Assembly: GCF_021869535.1 (NCBI RefSeq)
Contig: NW_026262745.1
Span: 53,506,001-53,570,000, forward strand
Source of the DNA: Mytilus californianus
Lineage: Eukaryota
Length of the DNA stretch: 64,000 bases
Direction: 5' to 3'
In this document: positions 13,801 to 23,722 of the stretch, in pieces
How the letters are laid out: every line of letters begins with the position of its first letter
How positions within the stretch are numbered: position 1 is the stretch's first letter
The notes under the pieces: model-generated
What the model saw: the letters and a program-made list of their open reading frames with translations, nothing else
Database searches by the model: none
What the model was told of the DNA's origin: nothing
Program-made: the position numbers and the translations under genes

Positions 13801-14942
13801 TGCCGAAGGATCACTATCACGATGACGCAGTTATTTATCAATGCTTTTGATAACGAAAATATAATTATACTGATCAGCTGATTATTCCCTTATCAAAACT
13901 AATGTGTGTCCCGATTGATTATTTTCTTTCATTTACCTTACTTTACTTTCATGTGTACGTTATTAAACATTCATGTTAAAAAGAATCACTTCGTTTATAT
14001 ATAGATTCTACGACTAGTACTGAAGACTGTGTTGACCTAACACGCATTAGTGTTCAAATTGGTTTGCGCTGGAATGATGCAATGTGTAAAACTGCGAAAC
14101 GATTTGTTTGTGAATTTCCGAGGGTTAGTTTGACAATAATTTTTGTAATTATTTGAAGTATGGAATATGTGTTTTCATCTTACAAGAACATATTCGCGCG
14201 TACTCGGAATCAAGTACGTGAATAACTAATACACTATAATACACTATATTCAAGTAAGATAGTTTTGACTTTTTGCCTATTAAATGTTTTTCAACAAAGA
14301 AGATTAAGTGTAAAGGATATTTAAATGGGTTATGATATCTTACTGAAATTATGTTTCTATAGAGTCTTCGTGTATAGTAAAACTTTGATTGAGGGGCATT
14401 ATAAGTCGGTGAAATGCTACAAAACGTGATCAATAGTAGAACGCTTTTTAATATAATATTTTTTTTCACAAATATAAGAAACATTTGACATTTAAATCTA
14501 ATCACGATTTCACTTTGCGAATGTTTGCTTCTTGAACCAGTGTATATAATAATGGGTTAAATGCAAATGTGTTTATTACACGAATTAATTTCGTGTTTAA
14601 TGAATCGAAGCAAAATTGACAATTACAAACATAGCAAAAAATACAAACTGCAAAAGACAAACAACAGTCTAAGAACACTACATTGAAATAAGCAACATAA
14701 ATATCACAATAACAGGGATGAGATGAGGTCTTCCAGATATGGTAAGTTATATTCTAAATGATTAAGACGAAACTTGGTTATATTGTAAACATGAATAATT
14801 ATTGAAGTACCATTGAATTTCATTTTGAGTATGTTGGCCAAGTATTGTTGTACAATTATGTGTAAATTGTATTATGTTATATATTTTCGTATTTCATGAT
14901 TAAACTTTATTATGTTCTGTTTTCCAGAAAACCTGTCCATAA
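1746..14942 (+). CDS. C-type lectin gene 1, 3' part (spliced): join(1746..1833,10207..10320,14005..14123,14928..14942); earlier exons lie upstream of the window
   Basis: GT-AG junctions with phases 0/1/1/0 give IKCSRTPGANLWRPNSQAEAEQVMSKFGISLNSAIWTGAYSPSGNGQYVFVSDNSALSFMNLPFGTKDSTTSTEDCVDLTRISVQIGLRWNDAMCKTAKRFVCEFPRKTCP*. This has the CTLD cysteines and WND motif, and each exon matches a gene 2 exon. Confidence 0.9.
1877..2851. mobile_element. Kolobok-like MITE (TTAA TSD, GG...CC termini) carrying a nested HINE
   Basis: TTAA|GGATGTACTTAGGT...ACCTAAGTACATCC|TTAA. The same family occurs without the nested insert at 32760-33149. Confidence 0.88.
2208..2797 (+). mobile_element. Helentron-associated non-autonomous element (HINE; pearl/CvA-like)
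   Basis: 5' subterminal TACGCCCGTC (2233). About 2.5 tandem core repeats of about 160-170 bp (2306, 2474, 2634), a (GACG/GACA)n microsatellite at about 2723-2758, and a 3' stem-loop CCCG-AAAA-CGGG followed by TATAAAAA. No TSD; inserted in an A-tract. Confidence 0.8.
4954..8740 (-). mobile_element. Large decayed Kolobok-like DNA transposon (3.8 kb)
   Basis: TTAA|GGCGAAGTGTACGTAAT ... ATTACGTATACTTCGCC|TTAA (17-bp TIR, 16/17 match). The minus strand has weak THAP-like (about 8475-8650) and CxxC-like (about 7780-7900) remnants. Confidence 0.7.
6800..7030. repeat. Degenerate 21-22-bp minisatellite (TGTAATGCTATA-type units)
   Basis: Repeated agcattgt(g)tata(g/t)tgtaatgc and gatgtaatgctat units. 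Confidence 0.55.
9825..10150 (-). mobile_element. 3' fragment of a Penelope-like/non-LTR element (family B)
   Basis: Reverse complement of the GATCTGCTTACCCTTC...TTTGGTATCTTTCG tail seen at 28651-29010 and 35401-35640. Confidence 0.75.
10207..10320 (+). CDS. Lectin gene 1, exon 6 equivalent
   Basis: ttacag|CA...AAAG|gtaac; LNSAIWTGAYSPSGNGQYVFVSDNSALSFMNLPFGTK. Confidence 0.9.
11490..11825 (-). repeat. Interspersed repeat family E (head AGATGTGGTATGA...TGAGACAAC)
   Basis: Matches copies at 15545-16082, 16235-16545, 24060-24335 and 40785-40892. Confidence 0.7.
11940..12796. mobile_element. Foldback/MITE with TIRs of about 90 bp built from palindromes
   Basis: Left arm TTCCGGACCATATGAGTATTTGG... 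is the reverse complement of the right arm ending ...CTCATATGGTCCTGAA. The perfect palindrome ACCATACGCGTATGGT occurs at 12010, 12056, 12709 and 12758. Confidence 0.85.
14005..14123 (+). CDS. Lectin gene 1, exon 7 equivalent (WND exon)
   Basis: atag|AT...CCGAGG|gttagt; DSTTSTEDCVDLTRISVQIGLRWNDAMCKTAKRFVCEFPR. Confidence 0.9.
14928..14942 (+). CDS. Lectin gene 1, terminal coding micro-segment KTCP*
   Basis: tttccag|AAAACCTGTCCATAA. The same peptide and a homologous 3'UTR follow at 50792. Confidence 0.85.
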   Translation, partial: KTCP

Positions 14943-15544
14943 AAGAGTATTCGGCCATCGTAATATTTCAATCGACGAATATTGCTGACGCTTGGTGCAA
15001 TACATAAATAAATTAGAATCATCTTTTTTTAGTTTTTATTTTGTTTTGTCCCTCATAAAACCATTGCGGTTATTCATTTGCTCTCGATGTTCCAGATTTG
15101 GTTCGATGTGAATAAAATGTGATTTCATAATAAAAGAAATATGAATTAAAGGATATTGCGTATACTACGTGAATAGGACAACTAACAAACAGAAGAATAA
15201 AACATAAACTACAAACAATCTCTAAAATCAGAGAGACAAATGTCCACATTATTCATGTTATTACTCCAAGTCGTCAATAAACTACCAGATTTAAAACAAC
15301 CAAAAATATGTCACCCTCCACAATCTGTCGATATATTGGCATTGCCCAAGGCCATGTTTTTCTCTGACTGTTCATGACGTCTTTACACTAAGTTGATGTT
15401 GAATGTGTATTGATTTATATTTTAGTCTTAGACACATGATTTCCTATTAGTTGTTACTGGCTTTGAACAAGCTTTCAGATAATGCGAGTACTCTCAGATC
15501 TGTACTTTGTTTCTTTTGTGTTTGTGTTTTTATGTGGTTTGTAT

Positions 15545-16082
15545 CGATCTGATGAGTGAAGACCATTTCAACTGATTGTTATAGTTGTTGTTATGTCGAA
15601 CTGTTACACCACTGTCCCAGGTTAAAGGGACGCTTTGGCACCAGCAAACATGTTTAATCTTGCCACATGCATGTGCATGTCCCAAGTCAAGAGATTGTAA
15701 TTCATTGATCAAAGATACCAGGATTGAATTTTGTACGCCAAACGAGCGTTTCGTCTACAAAAGACTCATCAGTGACGCTCGAATAAAAAAAAGTTAAAAA
15801 GGCCAAATAAAGTATGAAGTTGAAGAGCAATGAGGACCCAAAATTCGTAAAATACGTAAGTGTTTCTCGTTTCTCGTTTTTTATATAGATTCGATCATTG
15901 GTTTTCCTGTTTGAATTGTTTTACATTAGTCATTTTGGGGTCCTTTATAGCTTGCTGTTCGGTGTGAGCCATGGCTCCGTGTTGAAGGCGGTACTATGAC
16001 CTATAATTGTTTACTTTTTACATATTGTGACTTGGATGTACAGTTGTCTCATTGGCACTCATACCACATCTTCTTATTTATA
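15545..16082 (-). repeat. Family E copy interrupted by a hammerhead-bearing insert (about 15706-15850)
   Basis: Family E sequence on both sides; the insert matches 52985-53235 and 39440-39615. Confidence 0.75.
15735..15778 (-). ncRNA. Minimal type I hammerhead ribozyme, near-intact (retrozyme/Penelope-type)
   Basis: Minus strand reads GCGUCA-CUGAUGA-GUCU(UUUGU)AGAC-GAAA-CGCUCG-UU^UGGCGU. Stem I is 6 bp, stem II is 4 bp, the core is intact and stem III is short and near-palindromic. Confidence 0.8.
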
Positions 16083-16234
16083 GACCTGCTTCTAAATACT
16101 TAGTTGATTGAATATTTTCTAATTAGGATCTATTTGAAAGGAATTTGATTGATTGATCGATGCTTAGTGGTATGATGAGATCCTGATACCTTTATACCTA
16201 TTGTATAGGATATCCATATACAGTATGCTCAATA

Positions 16235-16545
16235 TAGAAATAAGAAGTCGGTCATGCTTGCCAACGACGCAGCAATCTACCATGGACAAAAAGACGTAGA
16301 TTTTAGGAACTACAGGTCAACGATTACCTTTAGTGATCAGATCAACCAATACAGCATTTTGAGCTATAAAAGGTCCGGTTATGACAAACTGTTAAACAGT
16401 TAAAAACAAAACAAAAACGACCTAGTTTATTCACAAGACAAACAAAAACAAATAATATATACAACTAAACACGGAAACTACTGAATAACCAGCTCCTGAC
16501 TTAGTACAGAGAGGCATATACAGAATGTTTGCAGGCGGCAAACCA
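16235..16545 (+). repeat. Family E copy, head-to-head with 15545-16082
   Basis: aaataagaag...gccaac...gctataaaagg...ctcctgacttagtacag. Confidence 0.6.
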
Positions 16546-16663
16546 TTTCCTTATTTGGAAATCTACAAAATTGGCGATTTGAACAAGATGCACTGACTAT
16601 TTTTTGGTAATTTCCCTTGGATTCTTATTAGTCATGATATGTCCAAATCTTGATTCATCTTTG

Positions 16664-16802
16664 ATTATACGTCAGAAAAAACTCATATGATATAACATTG
16701 CAATGGCCTTTATTTATGAACTCTAATCGAGGTGTTTTAAGTAAAACCACTCAGGTGAGAAAAAGAGCTCACCTGTGTACTATATAAACATGCGTGTCAC
16801 TT
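16664..16802 (+). repeat. DIRS left ITR: 5' extension (16664-16688), block A (16689-16752), block B (16756-16802, TATA-like TATATAAA at 16781-16788)
   Basis: Block A is the reverse complement of 22533-22596 (4 mismatches in 64). Block B is the reverse complement of 21885-21931. The first 39 nt are complementary to 21049-21086. Confidence 0.88.
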
Positions 16803-16862
16803 TTTTGAAATTTAGCTCGCAGTCGAGATGTTCGGTAAAGATTTAATGTTGAAAAAAATAAT

Positions 16863-18161
16863 ATGGCTCAAACTCAATTAAACTCGCCCAGTTCTAGAGG
16901 GAAACATACTCCTTCCCGAGATTTGATGGAAGATTTAGACTACTTGTCTGATGTTCAATCTCAAGATGAAATTGAACTGTTTGACGATGGTCAGTTTAGT
17001 GACCTTAGTGACATTGAACATACCAATGAAGGTGATGTTTCTAGTGCTGATAAGGGCAATACTTATATGGGCAATTCAAGTGCCACAAAAGACAAACACA
17101 ATGCCAATAAGAGCAAACACAGTGCCAATAAGGGCAAACTTAGTGCCAATAAGGGCAAATTAAGTGCCAATAAGGGCAAAACTCATGCACAATCAGACGA
17201 TGGGGCGTCTGGTTTAGATTGTGAAAGTGACAAGAGAGCCACACGTAACTGGTTGCCGGATAAAAGAAATCCAGTAGAATCATCTTCTTCCGGTAAACGA
17301 AAAACATGTGGAGGATTCTGGTGATGAATCGAAACAGGAGACCGAGAATTCCTCCTCGGATATTGGGGAAAGTTCAGAAAATGACAATCTGTTTGATCCG
17401 TCTGAAATTTTGAAGAAAGGTATCAAGGAACCGGGTAAAATTTCAAAATACATTGAGAAATATGCCAATCAGGGCATCACTAAGAACGTAAGGTTAGAAG
17501 TCACAAAGAACTGTAACATTCCTATAAGTAAAAAGCTCGCTTCTAAAGAAACGGATAGATATATAAAGAAACTGTTTCGTAAAAAGTTTAATCAATCACT
17601 TAATGCCAAGAAAGAACGTTCTATAATTAATTCTGAAAACAGAATATTAGATGCTACTGGTCCCTTAGCATTTTTATGGACAGAAGCAGAGAAAGCTAAG
17701 AGACGTGATCGTGGTTTAAATCCAGTAGATGTCATTGACATTGTACAGAGAGCATTAGTCCTGATTGGAAACGCTCACTATGTATACTTATCTGATCGTC
17801 GTAGGTCTATGCTTGGTAGAGTATTACCAGAATGTTTAGATTTATTAGCGGATAAAGATGGCAAGAAAACTCTGTTAGCCGTAAGTTCAGGAAATTGCTC
17901 ACTGAAGAAAGCAAGGACAACAGGGAATTGTTTAGCTTACTTCAAACTGTACGCCGTTCCAAAAATAAATCATCTAGATTTGGTAATGGTAACTTCAGTG
18001 GTGGTCATGGAAATGGTGGCCGTGGCAATAACCAGTATTTTCGGCTCGAGCCCCCAAACAACCAGAACCAGCAGTTTGGGGGCCGAGGCAGGGGCAGAGG
18101 CAGAGGTCAGTCAAGATCGACACCAGGGATCCCAAGGAAGGGGTTCAATCCCAAGAATTAA
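16863..18161 (+). pseudogene. DIRS ORF1 (gag-like), frameshifted
   Basis: Overlapping ORF pieces 16863-17324, 17308-about 17900 and 17895-18161. Contains ILDATGPLAFLW...ALVLIGNAH...RRR, typical of DIRS gag, and an RG-rich C-terminus (GGRGRGRGRG). Confidence 0.75.
17100..17183 (+). repeat. 4 x 21-bp in-frame minisatellite in gag (ANKGKLS heptad)
   Basis: agtgccaataagggcaaa(ctt/tta/act) copies start at 17100, 17121, 17142 and 17163. Confidence 0.95.
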
Positions 18162-20146
18162 GCATACAACAGGTAAAGGTTCAAGAATTAAGTTTTTTCC
18201 CCGTTACAACAGACCGTTTTGCTCACTTACCTGTAGGGGGAGAACAAAACTGTTTGTCCTGAACTGGGGTTGTTTGACATCAGATCCTTGGGTCTTAGAT
18301 ACAGTTCAGGGTCTAAAACTAGAATTCTGTCAAATACCGCCAAGACAAATTCAGTGCCACCAACTATTTTTCGACAAAGAGAAAACAGCATTGATCAATC
18401 AAGAAATTCTATCATTGTTAGACAAAAAAGCAATATGTCAGATATCCCAAAGTCAGGAGTATTTTCTAAGTCACCTTTTCTTGGTCGAGAAAAAAGGGGG
18501 AGGACACCGTCCTGTAATAAATTTAAAGCAGTTGAACAATTATTTGATGTACAATCATTTCAAAATGGAAGGGTTTCATTCAGTAAAAGATTTAATCCAA
18601 AAATCAGACTGGATGATCAAAATAGATCCGACGGATGCTTATTTGACCGCCCAGTGTTAAAACAACATAAAAAATATGTCCAGTTTCAATTGCAGGTACT
18701 TCCCTTTGGAATTTCAGTCGCCCCACTAGTATTCACACAATTAATAAAAGTCCCAGCAAGTTTCTAAGACGACTGGGTATACGTCTATTGGTTTACTTGG
18801 ACGATATCTGAATAATTCACCAATAAAAAGAGAAATGTCAGTTAGAAGCACAAGTAACAGTAAAGCTTCTCCAATAAATGAAAAGAAATCAGTTTTTGTC
18901 CCATCTCAACAAATGCTTTTTCTAGGATTTCTAGTGAACTCGGTAGATATGAGTCTGTCCCTTCCAACCCCAAAAAATCAAAAAATACAAAAATTATGCA
19001 AGAAAGTAAAAAATTCAGAAAAAAAAACAGTGAAAAAACTTTCAGAATTAATAGGAAATCTGACGGCTTCAATTCAAGCAATTTTTCCAGCCCCACTTCA
19101 TTACAGACATTTACAGGTAGAGAAAAATCAAAAGCTCATTCAGACTTTCAGTTACAATTCAGGACTAGTCCTGTCTCAAAAAGCACAAAACGAATTAAAA
19201 TGGTGGATACACCAGTTAATTCATTGGAATGGAAGGTCTCTAATTTCCATCCAACCATCTGTAATCATCCAAACAGATGCAAGCAATGTGGGATGGGGAG
19301 CAGTAATGAACAATGTCTCCATAGGGGGTTCTTGGTTACAATAAGAAAAAAGTTTCAATATAAACGCCCTGGAATTAATAGCAGTGACTCATGCAGTCAA
19401 ATCTTTCTTAAAAGACAGACACAATTTACAGGTGTTGATTCAGACAGACAACATAACAACAATGACTTATATCAACAAAATGGGAGGTACTGTTTCCAAA
19501 GTTTGCAACAAACTAGCCCTAGAGCTTTGGACATGGTGTCTCCAGAAAGACATTATGCTGAAAGCAGATTTCATCCCAGGTCGTTGCAGATTGGGAGTCC
19601 TGACATCATTTAGACTCCAGCAATTGGAAACTTTATTCAAAGGTTTTCAATTCTTTAATGAGTCAGACAATGATCTGCAACATAGATCTTTTAGCAGATC
19701 GGTCCAACAATCAACTTGAAACATACATAAGCTGGCTTCCCGATCCAGGAGCATTAGCGTTCAATGCTCTCCTACATCCTTGGGCAAGTTTCAAGAGTTA
19801 TGCCTTCCCCCTTTCTGCTTGATAGCTCAATGTCTGAAAAAAAAACAAAGGAGAGAAAACAACTGTAGTTCTGGTAACTCCTGCTTGGATGGCACAGCCA
19901 TGGTACGCAATATTGCTGGAAATGTCAATACAACATCCAATTCTGTTGCCAACATTTCGACATCTGCTACAGTCACATCAAGGGGCAACTCACCCAATGA
20001 TTCAAAACAAATCGCTTCAACTAGTCGGGTGGCTTGTCTCAGGAGATGATATCAAACAATGTCAATATCAGAGGAAGTTAAAAAAAACTTTTGCTCAGCT
20101 CCTGGGGGAAAGGAAATCAGAAATCTTACGATTTGGCCTGGAATAA
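18150..20146 (+). pseudogene. DIRS ORF2: reverse transcriptase, RNase H and Dam-like methyltransferase, with stops and frameshifts
   Basis: RT motifs RPVINLKQLN, KIDPTDAY, LPFGISVAP and YLDD (18794-18805). RNase H motifs IQTDASNVGWGA, INALELIAV and QTDNITTMTYINKMGGT. MTase-type motifs SWLPDPGA and a frameshifted YAFPPF near 19800. Confidence 0.9.
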
Positions 20147-21068
20147 GTGGGTTAGCTGGTGTGTGGAACGGGAAGTTGATCCCTTTTCAGCACCTCTAAC
20201 CGCTGTTCTAGATTTTTTGACATGGATGTTCCAAAAGGGTTTTCAATACAGAACAGTTAATGTCCATAGGTCTGCATTATCCTCTATTCTTCCTCATATT
20301 GATGGTCAACCAGTGGGACACACACAATTAGTTAAAAAAATAATGAAGGGCATTTTGAGGGAAAATCCACCTTTACCTAAATATCAGGAAATGTGGGACA
20401 TTGATATTGTTCTGATTTCTCAGTCTGTTAACCCTGATTTGGATCTTAAAACATTAACCAAGAAATTAGCAATTCTTTAAGCAATAGCTGCTCCGAAAAG
20501 ATCTTCTGAAATTGCTAGACTTGATATAAGATTTATGCAAATAAACAATAAAGGGGCTAAGTTTCAGCTCCCAGGTATATCAAAAACTCAATCTGATTGT
20601 AATTCAAAAGAAATATTTTATCCAAAATTTGAGGACAACCTTAAATTATGTGTGGTTGATTGTTTACAAGCTTATTTAAATCGTTCTGTAGATTTTCGAG
20701 TGAAGGATAAGTCTAAGCCAAATCCATTACTTAGAACTTTAGTTAAACCACACAGAGGTGCCTCGTCTAATACTATAGCTAATTGGATAACGGATATTAT
20801 GAAGTTAGCCGGTATTGATACAACTAAGTTTAAGGCTCATTCAACTAGAGGGTCCTCAACTAGTAAGGCTAAATATCAAGGAGTTTCTATATCAGAGGTT
20901 TTGAAAATAGCTGATTGGTCAAATGCTTTAACTTTTAAAAAATTCTATTTCAGACCATTGCTGGAGGATAGTTCTAGTGATCAGTTTTCAAAGAAAGTAT
21001 TAAGTTTACCTTCAGGTATGTTAGTAATTATGATTAACGCTTTTAACGTGCAATGTTATATCTTATGA
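20091..21068 (+). pseudogene. DIRS ORF3: tyrosine recombinase with an in-frame stop at 20478-20480
   Basis: N-terminal YDLAWNKWVSWC...DPF. Catalytic R in KRSSEI (20499), HSTR (20838-20849), and ADWSN...TFKKFY (Tyr at 20946). Confidence 0.92.
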
Positions 21069-21168
21069 GTTTTTCTGACGTATAATTGTAAATTTCACTA
21101 GGACGCGAAGCGTCCAATATGAAATATAGATTATACTAAGAAAATGATTAAGATATAACATTGCAATT
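21049..21168 (+). repeat. DIRS internal complementary region (ICR; circle-junction template)
   Basis: The reverse complement reads the right end (...GTGAAATTTACA) joined through ATT to the left end (ATACGTCAGAAAAA...). Contains hairpin GGACGC-GAA-GCGTCC. Confidence 0.92.
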
Positions 21169-21884
21169 TCCCTCCCACCCAATACCCAAAGATAATATTT
21201 TATGTGGATTAGTACAAAGAGTCACTGTATAAGAGACTATTCATGTCCAGATACTACATATACATGATACACTATACATACACACGCCAAAAAATAAAAA
21301 AAATAAATAAATAGATAAATAAAAAAAATCAAGATCTTTATATAAAATTATACATGTAGTAATGATAACATATCAATTGAATTGATAATATTTATTATGA
21401 AGAACAGGTTTATTATCATTAAACTTTATTTTTCAGATACATCATCCATGGAGTCCTAGCAGTCAGAGAGATTGTGATGATTGACTTTTGAACTGTAATT
21501 TTATCGATTCGATTCATTCATGATATAATGTGGAAGAAACATTGTGTTTAATTTCTTGTCAACAGACATTTTATAGATTCCAAAAGAGACATGTTAAAGT
21601 TTTGGAATCAGTCCAGATTTGCAATACATTTTGTATATGTTATAGATATATCTTGTTGACCAATTAAATGGTAAAACAATATTCTTTTTATTAATCATAT
21701 ATGAAAGGAAAGGAAATTCGTACCAGCACTGGCAGTGGCAGCAGAATTATACATTTCTTGTTTTTTAATATCCATGGTTTACAGTTGTCGTTGGTTATTA
21801 TTGTTTTTGGTACATGTATGTTGGTGAGTATAAAGAGGATTCTTATATTCTAGAAGTTCTGCTCGCAATTGAAAGCGAGTATTT

Positions 21885-22664
21885 AAGTGACACGCGTGTT
21901 TATATAGTACACAGGTGAGCTGTTTTTCTCAAAGTGCCCCCAAAATGTAACTGCATTTGATACGTTACACGATAGAAACTTTTTGATAACAATTAAAAAG
22001 TAAATATAATCAAATGTTATAGTAAATAAAAATAAATTAGGCCAGGGCACCTGGCGAGGATGAACGGCCTTGGTCGAACTTGACCTAAATGATATCCGAA
22101 ACACCAGGTGTAATATCATCAAATTAAAGAAATTCATAGACGACCAGTTGATTACCACAGGTCATTTACGTTGGGAAAATCCTTTCAAATAAATAGATGT
22201 GTAAAAGTTTATAATTAACCACAGAAAAATCTACCGAAAAAAGGTCAAATCAGGTTTTAACAGTTAAAGATAATATATATAATTAAAGTAAATATATATA
22301 AGCGAAACATGCTATATATATAAATCACCAAATCATGCATAAACAGAGCAATAACAGAATAAACCTGTAATTGAAGACAAACATTAAAATGCATATAAAA
22401 TTGCATATAAAGTATACACAGCGATACATGGAAAATCATTATAGAGACTCGATACAGACAAGAAATAAAATCTCCTATAGACAATGGTATTAGTTTTGCT
22501 GGGATTGGTTCATGGACACAACTATTTATAAAGAGTGGTTTTACTTTAAACAGCTCGATTAGAGTTCATAAATGAAGGCAATTGCAATGTTATATCTAAA
22601 TGATTTTCTTAGTATAATCTATATTTCATATTGGACGCTTTGCGTCCTCATGAAATCTACAATT
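21885..22664 (+). repeat. DIRS right ITR, split: block B' 21885-21931, about 600 bp unique spacer, block A' 22533-22596, 3' extension 22597-22664
   Basis: Direct reverse-complement comparison with the left ITR and the ICR. Confidence 0.85.
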
Positions 22665-23304
22665 TTATAAATACATTAAATGTTGAAAATTGCTTATACG
22701 CTATGTGGGTTCCTGGTTCACTATCTAAATAATCACAAAAAAGCAAAAACAAACACAAAACCGCTAGCATACTTTCAGCACCTTCATATTTATATATATA
22801 TATATTGAAACTTCAAATATGTAATGTTTGAAACATGCAAATATATCAATACAACTTATGCTAAATAATGTTAAAATGAAATTAGAAATACTATGCATAT
22901 AAGCTTATTAGTAAATATATCACAAGGAAAGACAGTTTATTTTTCAAAAATAAGATTTATTTTGTAATCATGGAAGCTAAGGCGCTCAGTGATGTCAGAA
23001 ACAGAGACAATCCTTCAAAAGAAACAAGTTATATTTACTATTTAATTAATAAGGGAATGTATTAGCTTTTATGTTTTTCCAGTAATATAAGTTGCTCACA
23101 CAGCAACTTATAGTGGTCTACCCTATTTTTTGTCTAATTAGATATGTTCTACACCCTATTCTAACTCGGCATTGTCATTCGTAATTTTGTTAAGCTCAGA
23201 TTCTGTGTCTATTAATTGCAACATCCGTTATTACTCGCTCTACCTCAGTTTTTTATATCTTCTATTTTGTCTAACATGTCGGATAAAGTACCCACCTTTC
23301 CATC

Positions 23305-23722
23305 TATAAATACCACAAACTATTTTAGCTCAGAAATAGACTCTACGGTCACAATAGTATGAAAACGACTGACTTGGGAATTTTAAGATCGATGAAATGA
23401 AATTCTCAATCCTTGTTGGTGTTCAAATTGCATGCAATAACATCTTCAATCTTTGAATTAATCATGTTCTATTCACTTAATATGCAAATATGATTAAATT
23501 TGTTGTTATTATTTACAGGGTGAAAATAAACTTTTTCATGCTCACCATTTTTTTCCTGGGCAGTGTCAATGCAGGAAGATATTTTTCTCCTGTCTTAAAC
23601 TATTTTCAAAAAAATTATTTGTTCTGCTGACCTCATTTGGTTAATAAACACGTATTAGAGTTGTTTGACAAAAGTTGCAATGCTAAATGTTTGCAATGCA
23701 AGTGTTGCAGTTATTGTTTGAG
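23305..23722 (+). pseudogene. Candidate small Cys-rich secreted peptide (pseudo)gene
   Basis: TATAAATA at 23305, Inr-like TCAGAA at 23330, donor GTATGA at 23357. Acceptor tttacag then (V)KINFFMLTIFFLGSVNA (23520-23574) with a broken donor GAAGAT. Acceptor tattag then ELFDKSCNAKCLQCKCCSYCLR (23659-23722), followed by GTAAGT. Confidence 0.35.

Larger units (their letters stand above)
16664..22664 (+). mobile_element. Full-length, decayed DIRS1-like tyrosine-recombinase retrotransposon (about 6.0 kb)
   Basis: gag, RT/RNase H/MTase and tyrosine recombinase ORF remnants in DIRS order. It has inverted terminal repeats, an ICR at 21049-21168 complementary to both ends, and ATT at both termini (16664-16666, 22662-22664). 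Confidence 0.93.
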
